Source of the DNA: Lama guanicoe
Lineage: Eukaryota
NCBI GenBank assembly: GCA_013239625.1
Contig: MU054400.1
Location: forward strand, 2,764,282-2,828,281
Direction: 5' to 3'
DNA length: 64,000 nt
Below the pieces are notes generated by a model, which was not told where the DNA came from, did no database searches, and saw only the letters and a list, made by a program, of their open reading frames with translations. Below are positions 26,301 through 40,300 of the stretch, piece by piece (position 1 is the first letter of the stretch; each line of letters starts with the position of its first letter). Made by a program: the position numbers and the translations under genes.

Positions 26301-29300
26301 TCTTTTTTTTTTTAATTTATGTTTTTTTTTTTAATTTTAAAAGTTTCAGGTGTACTGCATTGTAGTTCAGCATCTATCTACACCACAAAGTGATCATCCC
26401 CACAGGTCTAGTTACCGTCCATCACTGGATAGTTGACTCCCTCTACCCATTCTGCCCACCGCTGACCCCCTTCCGCTCTGGTAACCACTAATCTGATCTC
26501 TGTATCTATGAGTCTGTGTATGTTTCATTTTGTTTGTTTTGGTTTTTTAGATTCTACAGATGGTATTTGTCTTTGTCTGAATTATTTCACTTAGCGTAAT
26601 ACCTTCAAGGTCCATCCATGTTGCCATGATTGGCAGGATTTCATTGTTTTTAGTGACTAATATTCCATTGTGTACATTTATATATATATATACACCAAAT
26701 CTTTATTCATTCATCTGTTGATGGACACAGGTTGTTTTCATATCTCGGTTATTGTAAATAATGCATTGAACATACAGGTGCATGTATTGTTTAGAATTAG
26801 TATTTTCATGTTCTTGAATAAATACCCAGAAGTGGAATAGCTGGGTCATATGGTAGTTCTGTTCTTAATTTTTTGAGGACTCACTATACTGTTTTCCTTA
26901 GTGCCTGCACCAATTTACAGCCTCACCCTTTTCTCCACATCCTCTCCAAAATTTGCTATTTCTGATCTTTTCAGTAACAGGCATTCTAATGAAGTGATAT
27001 CTCATTGTGGTTTTGATTTGCATTTCCCTATAATTAGTGATGTTGAACATTTTTTCATGTGCTTGTTGGCTATCTGTATGTCTTTGGAAAAAATGCCTAT
27101 TTAGGTGTTCTGCACATTTTTAACCTAATTGCTTGTTTTTATGTTGTGAGTTGTATGAGTTCTTTATATATTCATATACCCTTATCAGATATATGATTTG
27201 CCAGTGTCTTCTCCCATTCATTAGCTTGAATTTTCGTTTTGGTGAGAAATCCCTTCACTGTGCAGAAACTTTTTACTTTGATGTCGTCCCGTTTGTTTAT
27301 TTTTGCTTTTGTTTCCCTTGTTTTTGGGAATCAGATCTAAACTAATGTCAATGAGGTTACTGCCTAATTTTATAGTTTCAGGTCTCACATTGAAGTCTTT
27401 AATCCATTTTGAGTTAATTTTTGTGTATGGCAGGAAATAGTGGTCTAGCTTCATTCTTTTCCATGTGGCTATCCAGTTTTCCCAGCACCATTTATTGAAG
27501 AGATTATTCTTTTTCCATTGTATGTTCTTTGCTCCTTTGTTGCAAATTAATTGTCCATATATGTATAGGTTTATTTCTGGGCTTTCACTTCTGTTCTCAT
27601 CGTCTGTGTGTCTTTTGTGCCAGTACCATACTGTTTTGATTGCTATAGTTTTGTAGTATAATTTTAAATCAGGGAGTGTGATACCTCCAGCTTTGTTCTT
27701 CTTTCTCAAGATGTTTTGCCTTTTCAGATTCTTTTGTGATTCCATACAAATTTTAGGATTATTTGTTCTAGTTCTGTGAAATATGCCTTTGGAGTTTTGA
27801 TAGTGATTGCACTGAATCTGTAGATTGCTTTGGGTACTACGGATACTTTAACAATATTAATTCTTCTAGATAATGAATACGGAATATCTTTCCACCTATT
27901 TCTGTCTTTTTCAATTTCTTTCATCAGTGCCTTATAGTTTTCAGTGTGTAGGCCTTTCACCTTTGGTTAAATTTATTCCTAGATACTTTATTTTTTTGAT
28001 GCAATTGTACATGGGATTGTTTTCTTAATTTCTCTTTCTTACAGATCATTATTAGTGTACAGAAATACCACAGGTTTCTGTACATTGATTTTGTGTCCTG
28101 TGACTTTACTGGATTCATTTATTAGTTCTAATAGTTTTTTGGTGGAGTCTTCAGAGTTTTCTATATAAAGTATCATGTCATCTGCAAATAGTGACAGTTT
28201 TACTTCTTCCTTTCTGATTTGGATGCCTTTTATTTCTTTTTTTTGCCTTATTGCTATGGCTAGGACTTCCAACACTATGTTGAATGAAAGTGCTGAGAGT
28301 GGGCATCCTTGTCTTGTGCCTGATCTTAAGAGGAAAAGCTTCCAGCTTTTTATCAATGAATATGATGTTAGCTGTGTGTTTGTCATATACGGCCTTTATT
28401 ATGGTGAGGTATATTCCCTTTATGCCCATTTTGTTGAGTTTTTATCATAAGCGGATATTGAATTTTATCAAGTGCTATTTTTTTATTTATTGAGATGGTT
28501 GTTTATCATTCATTTTGTTACTGTGATGTATCACATTGATTGATTTGCAAATATTGAACCGTCTTTGCATCCCTGGAATAAATTCTATTTCATTGTGGTA
28601 TACAATCCTTTTTAATGCATTATTGGATATGTTTTGCTAATATTGGTTGAGGATTTTTGCATCTATGTTTATCAAGAATGTTGGCCTGTAATTCTTTTTT
28701 TTTTTTCTTTTTTTTTTTGGTGACCTTTTCTGGTTTTGGTAATGCTAGCTTTGAATGTGCTTGGAAGATTTCCTTCCTCTTCAGTTTTTTGGAAGAATTT
28801 GTGAAGGATAGGTCTTAAATATTCTTTGAACGTCTTGTAGAATTTGCCATTGAAGCTGTCTGGTACTGGGCTTTTGTTTGTTAGGAGAATTTTGATTACT
28901 GTTTCAATCCCCTTACTAGTAATTGGTCAATTCAGATTTTCTATTTCTTCATAATTCAGTCTTGGAAGATTGTGTTTTCAAGAGTTTATCCATTTAATCT
29001 AGGTTGTCTAATTTTGTGCAAATAGTTGTTCATAGTAACCTCTTATGATCCTTTGCAATTTTATTTATTTGCATCCTCTCTCTCTTTTTCTAGATGAGTC
29101 TAGCTAAAGTTTTATTGATTTTTGTTCATCTTTTCAAAGAACCAGCTCTTAGTTTCATTGATATTTTCTATTTTTTCAGTCTTTATTTCTGCTCTGATCT
29201 TTATTGTTTCTTTCCTTTTACTAATACTGGGTTTCACTTTTTCTTCTTTTTATAGTTCCTTTAGGTGTAAAGTTAGATTGTTTATTAGGGATTTCTGTTG

Positions 29301-31301
29301 TTTCTTGAAGTAGTCCTGTATGGCTATGAACTTCCCTCTTGTAAACACTTTTGCTGCATTCCATAGATTTTGGTGTGTTTATTTCTGATTTCATTTGTCT
29401 TTATGTTTTGTTTTATTTTGTTTTGTTTTCCTCCTTTGATTTCTTCAGTGATCCATTGGTTGTTCAGTAGCATGTTGTTTAATCTCCATGTTTTTGTGGT
29501 TTTTCCCATTTTCTCTTGTGATTGATTTCCAGTTTCATATCATTGTCTTTGGAGAAGATGCTCTATATGATTTTAATCTTCTTGAATTTTATTGAGACTA
29601 TTTTGTGACCTAATGTTTCCTTTCAGCATGTTGGCTATGTCCTGCACTCCTTTCTGACCTATAAAGTTTCTGCTGAAAAAATCTACGGATGGTATTATGG
29701 GGTTTCTCTTTATGTAGTAAGTTGATTTTCTTTTGCTGCTTTTGGGATTTTTTCTTTATCCTTAACTTTTTCCATTTTAATTTTAATGTGTCTTGGTGTG
29801 TGTATTTTTGGGCTCATCTTATTTGGAACTCTCTTGGCCTCCTGGACCTGGCCTCCTTCCCCAGATTAGGGAAGTTTTCAGCTACTGTTTCTTCAAATAA
29901 TTTTTCTGGCCCCTTCTCTCTCTCTTCTCCTTCTTGGATCCTTATAATGCAAATCTTATTCTGCTTGATGTTGTCCCGAAGGTCCCTTAAGGTATTTTCA
30001 TCGAAAAGTGTTTTTATTTTTGTTTCTTTGTCTGGGTAAGTTCCATTGTTTTGTCTTTTAGCCACTGATTTGTTCTTTTACCTCATCCAGTCTGGAGTTG
30101 AGCCCCTCTAGTGCATTTTTCAGTTATAACTTCTGTTTGGTACTTTCTTATAGTTACTGTCTCTTTGTTGAGAATCCCACTGTGTCCATCCATTCATCTC
30201 TCGAGTTCAGTGAGCATCTTTATGACCACTACTTTGAATTCCTTATTGGGAATATTGCTTCTCTTCATTTTGTTTAGTTCTTTTTCTGAGATTTTGTCTT
30301 GTTATTTTGACTGAAACATATTCTGCTGTCATTTTGCTTAATTCTCTGTTTGTTTCTACGTATTAAGTAAATCAACTATTTTCCCCAGTATTGAAGGAGT
30401 GGTCTTATTTAGAAGATGTCCTGTAGAGCTCAGAAGTGTAATCCTGCCTGGGCACCAGAGCCAGTTACTCAGGGGGTGACCCTTATGTGGGCTGCATGCA
30501 TCCTTCTGTTACAATGGGGCTGCAGCTGCTGCTATGGGGCACTGGGGCAGGGCTGGCCCAGGATGGCCATTGCTGCTTCAGGGCACTGGTGGGTGGGTTA
30601 TGGCTTGGCCAGCTGTGAGACCTGGCTGAAGCATAGGGGTGGGCAGGGCTCTCAGTGGGGCACACTCACTGGTGCTAACGGGTTAGAGGGAGAATCCCAA
30701 ACGGAGTCTGCAAGGTAGCCTGAGATTGCAAAAATGGCTCCGGCCAGTGTCTTAGCCCCTGGGGAACATCCCAGCTGGTTCTTGCCTCTCTGGCAGAAGG
30801 TTCAAGATTAGTAAGTGGATCCTCTTCACTATGGTTCATGCACTTTTTGATCTGGTGTTTTTATGCTGATTTTCAGGTCAAGTGAGGCTGTGCACAAGCC
30901 CTGTAAAAGTGGGTTGTCTGTTTCCTGCAGTTCTGTAGGTTTTCCTGGGCGTATTCCCTATTGGTTTTCAAACCCAGGTGTTTGGGGGTTTCATCTCTCC
31001 TGTGCAGGACCTAGAGGTTGGGGTGCCTGATATGGGGCTTGAATCCCTCACTATTCAGGAGAAAGATCTCCTGATTGTGGATTGCCCCTGGGGTGTGGAT
31101 TTTTCCCCTTGGTGAGCTCGTATCTCTACCTCTCCCACCCGTCTTGATGCTCACCTTTTCCCCTTTGTTGTGGGGGCTCTGTTCATCTAGCTTTTAGGGC
31201 CCTTTCTGAGGGAATTACTTCATATTTAGTTGCAGATTTGTTGTGTCCATGGTAAGAGGTGAGTTTAGGATCTTCTTGTACCACCATCTTGAACCCACTC
31301 C
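26301..31301 (-). mobile_element. ~5 kb LINE-1 with both ends and an internal deletion; defective
   Basis: Poly(T) at 26303; minus-strand ORF2 remnants ([43 protein letters not shown]); ORF1 remnant (29814-30065); 5' UTR-like end; TSD cctgagtgac at 26291-26300 and 31302-31311. Confidence 0.95.
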
Positions 31302-31310
31302 CCTGAGTGA

Positions 31311-31842
31311 CCTTTGTAAAGCACACATCAGATCACTTATTATCATTTTCAGAGTCTTCCCAGTGCATTGTAATAAAACATTAATTATAGAAGCCCAGCT
31401 GCTCATGGTGGTAAATAGGGCCATACATAGTTTGCCCTTGTCTGTCTCTCTGGCGTCATCTCCCACAGTCTCCTCACTGCTTACCTACTGTCTTTTTTTT
31501 AATGCTCTCTTGCATGCTCCAGGCTTACTCTGTCTCACAGCTTTCCCATTTACTCTTCCCTCTAGGAGGCATGTAATTCCCAGTGGTCATCACACGGCTT
31601 TAGCTAGAGTGGCCAGCAGACAGCCATGACCCAGTTTCCTTTTCTTCTGAGCAGTTATTATTGTGCATAATCACCTTGATTATTTGTTTACATTTAAAAT
31701 CTTTTCCCCTTCCTGAGACTCTTTAGTAGGATTCTTGGTATAGGCAACACGGTCAGCATTTTTCATGGCTGTATTCCTAGTCCTTAGAATAGTGTCTGGC
31801 ACCTATCAGATGATGAGATTAATGATGAATACTATAGAATGA
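31311..31842 (+). mobile_element. L2 LINE, right part with 3' end
   Basis: ctttgtaaagcacacatcagatcac...tagaatagtgtctggcacct...gatgaat L2 3' motif. Confidence 0.7.
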
Positions 31843-32718
31843 ATTGCAGATCAGAGGGATTGGAAGTGGGGTGCTGAGTTAGGGGTCTGGTGCAGTAATA
31901 AAGGGATGTGATGTATATTTAAACCAGGACCATGGCGGCAGGACCAGGAGGCTCGTGAACAGATGTGACTCAACTGCAACCCAAAACATGCATATGCAGT
32001 ATTTGGAGACACACAAACACAGCACACATTTCCGCAGATGACTATATGCGGTACATGGAATAGCAAGGACGAATGGCGTGGTAAACCAACTGCAGAATGT
32101 TTTCTCGTTCCTGCCCTGTGCAATCTATTTCAGTTTTTTATTCTCATACCAAACCACTCAATGTTTCTTGGTTTAAGAAAGTTGTTTGTATATGTAAAGA
32201 ATCCAAGGAGCATGTGTTAAGCCCACAGATGTATATGTATCCCAATTACTAAAATTTATATGCCAACTTCAGTTTCCTTTTTTGCATCCAAGTGATAAAT
32301 TTAAGCCCCCGATTGGCATATCTCGATGTGTGAACTGTCTATAGTAGGGTCACTTGGAGGGCAGGATCAGCAAAAATAATCTTCGTTGAAAGTCTGTATG
32401 TTTTGACTCCACCTGTGGCCCCTTGAAATCTGTATGAGAGATACAAGGCAATGTTTTGTAGAATTTTTAAAAAATTTAACAATTATGTGTGGATCAAATA
32501 TTTGATACCTAAACAGATCCTGATCACAGGGAAGGTTAGATTAGAAGAGTTTCAGAGTCAGAAAGCTGATACAGAAGTTAAGGGTATTTTCAGAGCATTT
32601 GGAAGTCAGGCTCAAACACTCACCTTTCTGGTCCAACAAATACTCCTCAGAAACCTTGCCGGATTTTCAGAGAAGAACAGCTCCTTTTCCTGTGCTGAGA
32701 GATAGCCTCAGGTAAAAA

Positions 32719-32761
32719 CCAACCAAACAATCAACCAACCCAACCAACCAAACAAACAAAC
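32719..32761. repeat. Imperfect (CAAC)n/(CAAA)n repeat
   Basis: Read directly. Confidence 0.85.
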
Positions 32762-33889
32762 TCACTCCTGCTTATTACCCACGTGAAGACCCCCCCGCCA
32801 CACACACACATAGTACATGAAGCTCTGTGTTTATCAGATAATTGGTGTTTGAGGAAATGAGTCTTCTCATTGTCACAGGAGTCTTTGTTTATTAAAGGGT
32901 TCTTTATATTTAGAGCTGCTTCAATAGGTTTAAATATTTGTTAGCAGGTCATTAGCCGCTTTTCAGGAGTAGAACTCATGCCCATTTTCCAGATTGACTT
33001 AGACATTCTATAAAGAAGTAGTGAGTGCAGGGTGGGTTTTATTATTCCATGTACAAATGAGGTAGCAGAGGCTTGGAGAAGTGAAGCATTGTTAGCTCTC
33101 ACAGCTGGTAAAGGCCAGGTGTCCTGTGCACATGACCCAGGTCTCGGGAATGCCAGTCCAGTACTTTCCAAAGTGGGTAAGAGACTGCACTGTGGTTCTG
33201 TGGAGAGGTCCTGAGACCCAGGGCAAGTCCTCCAACCTCTCTCCACCCCAGTTCCTTATCTATAAAATAGAGTTTGAACTTGGTTATTGAAATATTCTTT
33301 TATCTGCAGAAGTCTGGAATTTAATAATAAGGTAGAGAAACTTGTAGATAAACTACTATGATCTTTTTCCTAAGGGAAATGTTAGTTAGAAATAAGGATT
33401 AAAAAGAACCCACTCAAAATCATTAGGTAAGTTTGAGGGAAATAATCTTGGTTAGAACAAGTTGATTTGTGACTAGTCTTTGAGGAATCACCAGCAGTCT
33501 GTTTGTATGGAGGCCACAGAGACAGAGTTGAGTCTGCACTCAGACATTTACAGAAGCGTTCTCTGGGAGAGCCACTCACAGCTGAAGGACCAGAGGAGAG
33601 CGTTGTCACACCTTTGCTCCACCGTAGCCAAGTGTTTGGCTTGTGCTCTTTTCTGTGCTTTGTGGCTTATTCAAGGCCGTCCCTGTCTGACCCCACCTGC
33701 AGGTGCAGCAGGAGGAGTAGCCATATGTTTTTATTATCCTGCCTTCACTCTCAGCTACACGCTTTGGAAAGGCTGTATAGTGGATAAATCACACTTGATT
33801 CCAATCTCAGGCTTGAGACATGTGATCTTGGGCTGCTTGTTTATTTTCTTCTAAATCTCAGTTTCATCATTGTTACCATCATAGCCAAC

Positions 33890-34120
33890 ATAATTTATTA
33901 CCTGTTATAGTAGGCATTGTTTTGAGCCCATTATCTGCATTAGCTGATTGGGGCTTTATAACAACCTGCAAAGGAGAATGATTATAGTCCCTATTTTCTA
34001 CATGAGGATTATGAGATGCAGAGAGGTTGTCATTGGGAAGCCATGCAGCTAGTTAAGAGGTAAATTTAAATTTCAGTCTCAGGAAGAATCCATATTCTTA
34101 ATTTCCTCTCTACACTGCCT
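33890..34120 (-). mobile_element. MIR SINE
   Basis: ataacaacctgca...cctattttctacatgagga...gagaggtt. Confidence 0.65.
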
Positions 34121-34136
34121 TGCACTATGAGCTGGG

Positions 34137-34708
34137 TTTATCAGTCAAGATAAGCTATGCAGCAGTAACAAAAATCCCCAGATTTTAGTGATTTGAAACA
34201 AGAGAGGTTTATTTCTTGCTTCATTGTTGGCTGGGTGCTCTGTCAACCACATCCTCATTCCAAGATGAGGCTGACAAGGAAGCCACCTTTTGGAAGGTTA
34301 GCATATATTACAGCACAGAAAAAGAGAGCACCACCCTTGGCACTATTAACGTGGTTCTTACTGTTGAATTATTCTTTGTTGTGGGGGGCTGTCCTAGGTA
34401 CTAGGATGTTTAGCAGCATCCCTGGCCTCAACCCACTGGGTGCTAGTAGAACCCTACTCCCAGTGGTGACAGCTCCAAATTGCCAAATGTCCCCTGAATG
34501 CAGCACTATCCCTGGTTGAGAACCACTGCCTTAGTCTAAGATCTCACTAACAATGAAACCCTCCTGGCAGTGACACAAGTCTCAACTCATCAGCCAGAAC
34601 TAGTCACATGAACCCAACTCACCATAAAGAAGCCAGGAAGTGAATCCGACAAAGGGAAACACAAGGCAAAACAGAAATGTCTGGGAAACAACACTAATGA
34701 TGACCACA
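34137..34708. mobile_element. MLT1 (MaLR) LTR interrupted by MER20
   Basis: gctatgcagcagtaacaaa...ggtttatttcttgct and gccagaactagtcacatg...cactaatgatgaccaca flank the MER20. Confidence 0.65.
34325..34529. mobile_element. MER20 hAT MITE
   Basis: ggatgtttagcagcatccctggcctc...ttgccaaatgtcccctg...ggttgagaaccactg. Confidence 0.85.
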
Positions 34709-34794
34709 GATGGGGACAATAAAAATATGCAGATTAAATGAAACAATGAAACTTCAGCATTCGAGTCAGTGTGGACATCTAAGACAATTTAGAG

Positions 34795-34992
34795 CAGGAA
34801 TAGGCAAACTATGTGCAAATCCAGCTATCCATCTGTTGTTGTAAATAAAGTTTTATTGGAACATGGCCACACCTGTTTGCTTGCATATTGTCTATAGCTG
34901 CTTTCACACTACACCAGTGGAGTTGAGTCGTTGCAACAGAGACTAAAATATTTACTATTTGACCCTTTACAGAAGAAGCTTGCCAACTCCTG
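34795..34992. mobile_element. MER58A hAT MITE
   Basis: gtaaataaagttttattggaaca...ccctttacagaa...ttgccaactcctg; similar to 60608-60831. Confidence 0.85.
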
Positions 34993-35689
34993 GTTTGTAG
35001 AAACAAGATTTTTTTGGGGAGGGGAAGCAGGACTTTGGGGTGAACAGCAAAAAGGGAAAAAGATGCATAGCTCTGTGTCCATCTTAGTTTCTAAATTGTC
35101 AGTATGCACTAAGCATTATGCATTGTGCCTCTGTGATCTCCAGCTCGGGCTTGTAACAAGATTCACAAAGGTCTGCATTACTCTCTCTATTTGTATGATC
35201 CACATCTAGCAATTACACTTGTAAATTAAAAAAAAAACCACTTTGTATTGATCTTTCTCATACATAGAGAAAAGTCCACGTATCATAAGTCTACCACCCA
35301 GTGCGCTTTCACAAGCTGAACTCACCCCAGGTGCCCTCCTGCTCCCTTCCAGACCTACTTACCACTCCAGGGCACCCTGTCTTCTAAGAGCAACAATAGC
35401 CAACTTAAAAAATTTTTTCTATTATGGACAGTTTGCAAACATGTACAGCAGTAGAGGGAATAGTGAAATGAACCCCACTGTATCTTTCACCAGCTTCAAA
35501 AATTATCAGTATTTTGTCATTCATGTTTTATATACTCTCTCTCTCCCCTCTCTTCACATGAGTAGGTGGGTAGGCAGGTACATAGGTAGATAGATGGGGA
35601 GAGATCAAATATACATCTGCCTATGTGCTATATGGTAATATAGGATTATCAGTATATTAATCTATATAATATAAATTGGACACCCACTT

Positions 35690-36068
<379 letters not shown>

Positions 36069-37204
36069 TAATGCTAATTACCACCAAAGAATGAAGCGGC
36101 TAGATTGATGGTGACTAGGGTTTAAGGCTGAAAAAAAACAGCCACAAGGACATGATACCACAAATCAAGATGGAGCGAAGTCATATTGATTGCTCAGCAC
36201 TACCCACTCTCCAGGGAGGACGGTGGTCCCAGAGGCCGCAGAACTGGTTTCCTGAGTTTCAAGTGACTAATAAGGATAGAAGCAAATAGCGCCTGAGTTT
36301 TACTTTGCCTCAGAAAGGCAGGCAAGGCTGAGTGGCAGCAGGCTAGTTCTGGACACATGTACTTCGGGCAGAAGGGTCCTTTCTGCCGCACGCTTGATTT
36401 CCAGCATTTCTGTGGTATGCCTTTTGTGTTGCTACTGCTTTTTCAGATTCTCATCTTTTGGAATTTAAAGTGTTGGGAAGCAGATTAAGAACAGCCATTG
36501 GAGGGTCATTGAAGCTTTGCGAACGAGTGGCTTTTCATTTTAGTGGAAAGGTTCCAAGTGCTCGATGAAAAATTAGTGTATGTTGTCCCCAAATAGACCG
36601 TTGGTTTCTTTTAGAGGACTGAAAATTCATTTGGGTGGGGAGAAACTTATTTCAATGTTCTTGTGATGTTAAGTAGCCAAGAGTTTCAGTAATTGAGCAA
36701 CATATGCTCTGAAGTTTAAACTTATGTATTGACTCACCTTATTGTTGAATTTTGTGTGGTCTCCTGTAAATGGCCATTAGCTTGGGAAAGTTGTGAGGAA
36801 GGTTTAGTGGTGTCTTAATTGTTGGGGGAGACAGTCTGATGGGTTTTCTTGGTCTTGTAATGGCTCATTACAATTTCTATTGGTGTTGCTTGCTTAGTTG
36901 CAAGTGACGCTTAAGTAGCAAGAAATTGTCCAGCATACACTGGACTCTGGGCTGGATCAGATCTATTTCTGATATTTTCTTCTCTCCCTTTGTTGGTGCC
37001 CATGACCAAGAGTCCCAAACCTGAGCTGAATGAGGACAAGGAGCAGTAAATTTAGCCTTAAAAACCCCTAAACCTCCTCCTGACTCCCCCTTTGTCTGCT
37101 GATGCTTGGCGTATCTTTTGAAGAAGGAAAGATGTCTCATTCTCCAATTACAACAAGACTTGGGAGAGAGACTGTATACGACAGTGATTTTCATTAATCC
37201 TTTG

Positions 37205-37390
37205 GTGGTGGTTTGCAGACTTGACTTTGCCTCAGAAACCCCTGGAGGGTTTGTAGAAGTATAGATTTCTGGGCTACCCTGAGAGTTTCTGATTTAATAG
37301 GTCTGTGGTGGACCTAAGCATTGGCATTTCTGACAGTTCCCAGGGGCTGCTGTTGCTGCTCTTCCCCAAGCATTCCTGGAGAATCACTGT
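37205..37390. mobile_element. MER5B-like MITE
   Basis: gtttctgatttaataggtctg...gcatttctgacagttccca...gagaatcactg. Confidence 0.65.
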
Positions 37391-40300
37391 CCTGTGGGGT
37401 AAACCTGGGCGCCCATGTCTCTTTCCGAGTGTGACAAGGTGTGAGAGGCATCACAAACCAAACTCACCCACGGCTTCAGAGTCCTTTCTGGGTCCCCATG
37501 TTCTGCCGGTGCCCAGGTCTGGGCTGGGCTACTGCGCCTACACGCTAGGCTGCGTGTCAGCCACCTACCATGGCATGTTGTTCTCCTCATTCCTTAGAGG
37601 CACTTGGGATGGATGTCCCCCAGCAGAGTTTTTACTGGACAGAGCCAGATGCTAGCATGTTCACTTTCCTGTCTTGAGGATTTAGTCTGAAGCTTTCATC
37701 TCATGGGCTCTTCAGAGAAAGGATCTGTCCAGGTCCTCTGGGAGCTCAGAAACACTTTGAGAACCCTAGGAGCAATATTTGGGAGTCACTCCCCACCCGA
37801 ACTTGGTGTTAAGAAAACAAGGGGTGGACTGATGTGTGAGTGTGAACACACTGTCTGTAGCCCAGTGATGAAGGACAATAAAAAGCAGATGTTTTGTTTC
37901 AGAGAAGATTGTATTTGATGTTGTGACTCCGTCACTAAGACTGAAGCAGTGTTTTATTTGGATAATTTGGGGGACCACCGTGAAAGCACCTACATTTTCT
38001 GAGTATAACCTAAGGGTACCCTTAAAGAATTGTCAAAAGATTTTGCTTAACCTTGTTGCAGAGCCAGTAAATGACTTCCTCCAGGCAGTAACTACTATAA
38101 CATATGCTTTACGCCCTTATTTTTAGATATAAATAAGATCGTTTTTAAAAATTTGTCTCAGAGACTCACATTCTTGTTTAGAATAGCTCCTTTTTCTATT
38201 TTTAGCTACATGTCTGTCTGTGCTGTGATTTGAACAAAATGGGCCTGAGCTGAGGTTATTGTCTGACTAGTCAGATGCTGAGCTGATAATCTGGGTGAAA
38301 GAAGGTGAGGCTCATGCAGTGAGTGTGAGCGAAACTGCATAAAAGGTGGGGTTTAACAGTTAATGTAAGTTAATGTAATTTAAATGCTATTAGAGCTGGG
38401 ATGACTGCTGAAAAAACATATGTCTTAAAAAGGGAAGAATATGTAAAAACACAATTATACTGCCTGAAATAACCAGGAAACATGTCAGTTGTGATTTCTG
38501 AGTAACAACAGTACAAAATGTATGTCACCTTGGCCAGAACCAGTGGCTTGGTTCCATATGAGAAGCCCATGGCTGACATGCAAATGAGCTACTCCAAATA
38601 TAATTCTGGCCCCCATTAGCAGCTTCGGGGAGATTCTACCCCCATTCGTATTCCTTTGTCTTGGAGACAGATTGAGACTGAAGGATGGCAGCCAGGCTAC
38701 CCACAGGTGTTTCCAGCTTTTTGCCCATCCCCAGCATTGTACACTTCAGCATCCACTGTTTCAAAAGTAGCAGTGTTGGGATTATAAATTACAGTTTAAT
38801 ACTATTGTTTTGATGGGCCCGGGATAACACAAACCAGAAATCTCTTAAAATCACACTGCAGCTGAATGCAGGGCAATGCAAGCTTTATGGACCAACCCTG
38901 GAACCCAAATATCATTGATGGCATTGCTTTCCATGGGAAGATGATCTCTAAATTCCAGACCAAGGAGTTAAACCTCGATCTTAGAATACAAGAGTGAGTC
39001 TTTGAGAATGGTCTGTGTGGCTGTAAGCTTCATAGGGTTTTTTCTATCTGTTCTATCAACTCACCACAACTGAATCTTGATGGTGCAGTCTAGAACGTAG
39101 AGGCCAGACTGTGAACTCCATGTCGACAGGGTTCATATTGGTCTTGTTCGTCATTACTTACCCAGTGCCAACGCCCAAGTTGGCAGTTCTTAATTAACAT
39201 TCCATCAATATTAATTTTGGAATATTAATTGTATCAATATTAATTGATGGAATGAATGATCACAGAGCTTTTAATTTCATCCACTTTGGTTTGGTGATTG
39301 GAAACCAGTTACTATTCGGAAGATAGCTCGTATGTGAATGACTGAAGAGAGATCTTAGACTTTCTCTGAGTTTCTAAACTTAAAAAAAAAAAAATTCCAG
39401 ATAAGTAATGGCCATAGACAGGAAGTCGATGCTTTATGGGTTTTCACACACTGTTTTAAACAATGATTGTTGTTTAGGTTTGGAGGATTCACATTAACTT
39501 TCCATTTTGCACATGAGTGCCTTCAATTTCTGCTTCTCTGCCTCTGAATGTTCGGCCTCAGAATATGGATCTTTGTCCAGCTCTGAAGCTGGTAGGAGTG
39601 CCAGGTGGTGGCTCCCATCTTGATGTTAACCTAGAAATTATATTTCATTGTCCCTTGACATGTTTTAAGCCTCTTGTTGCTAGTGTCCAATAGACTACCC
39701 GCCCTGTTTCAATAAAGATGTCAAGAGGTAGAGTTTACCCCAGTCCATTTCTCCATGCTCATTTCTTTTGGTTTTTGGTTGAATATCTAGTTACCATAAT
39801 TGCAGAGCCTTGAATAAGGCTCCTCTGTTAGTGCTTGGCCATCTGCATAGGGATTACTCATACGTGCGTTTAATAAGGATGCATGAACTATGTAACACAT
39901 CCATCTGAGTTGGTGTCTATATCGATACCCCATAGGTAAACGCATAATTTTATCCCTTGTCTTTGAAGATTTTGCCTCTGATTGATTTTGATTTTAATTT
40001 TCACTGAAATAGTGCTCAAGGACCTTTCCAGAGCAGCTTTATTGCCAAAGGAACAGGCAACCAGGCCTTTGAATGCTCTCATTTCTGTTGTAACCGAGTC
40101 TTGTGTTTAGTTCTCACATTGCTTCCTGGCTCCCTTTCTTCGCTGAAAATGGAGAAGTGCCCATAAAGGGGAAGTGGAAGCATCTAGGGGCACGAGGGCT
40201 GCCAAGTCTTCTGAGAGTGCTTCGCGTTGGGAGCCCTGCCTGATGGCGTCAGTGGTGGACAGGGTTGGGGAAAAAAAGGGAGCCAGAAGGGCTGAGAGGG

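Noticed and set aside
27221..28429. Minus-strand ORFs encoding reverse transcriptase as a novel RT system
   Set aside because: Frameshifted, stop-interrupted pieces of ordinary LINE-1 ORF2.
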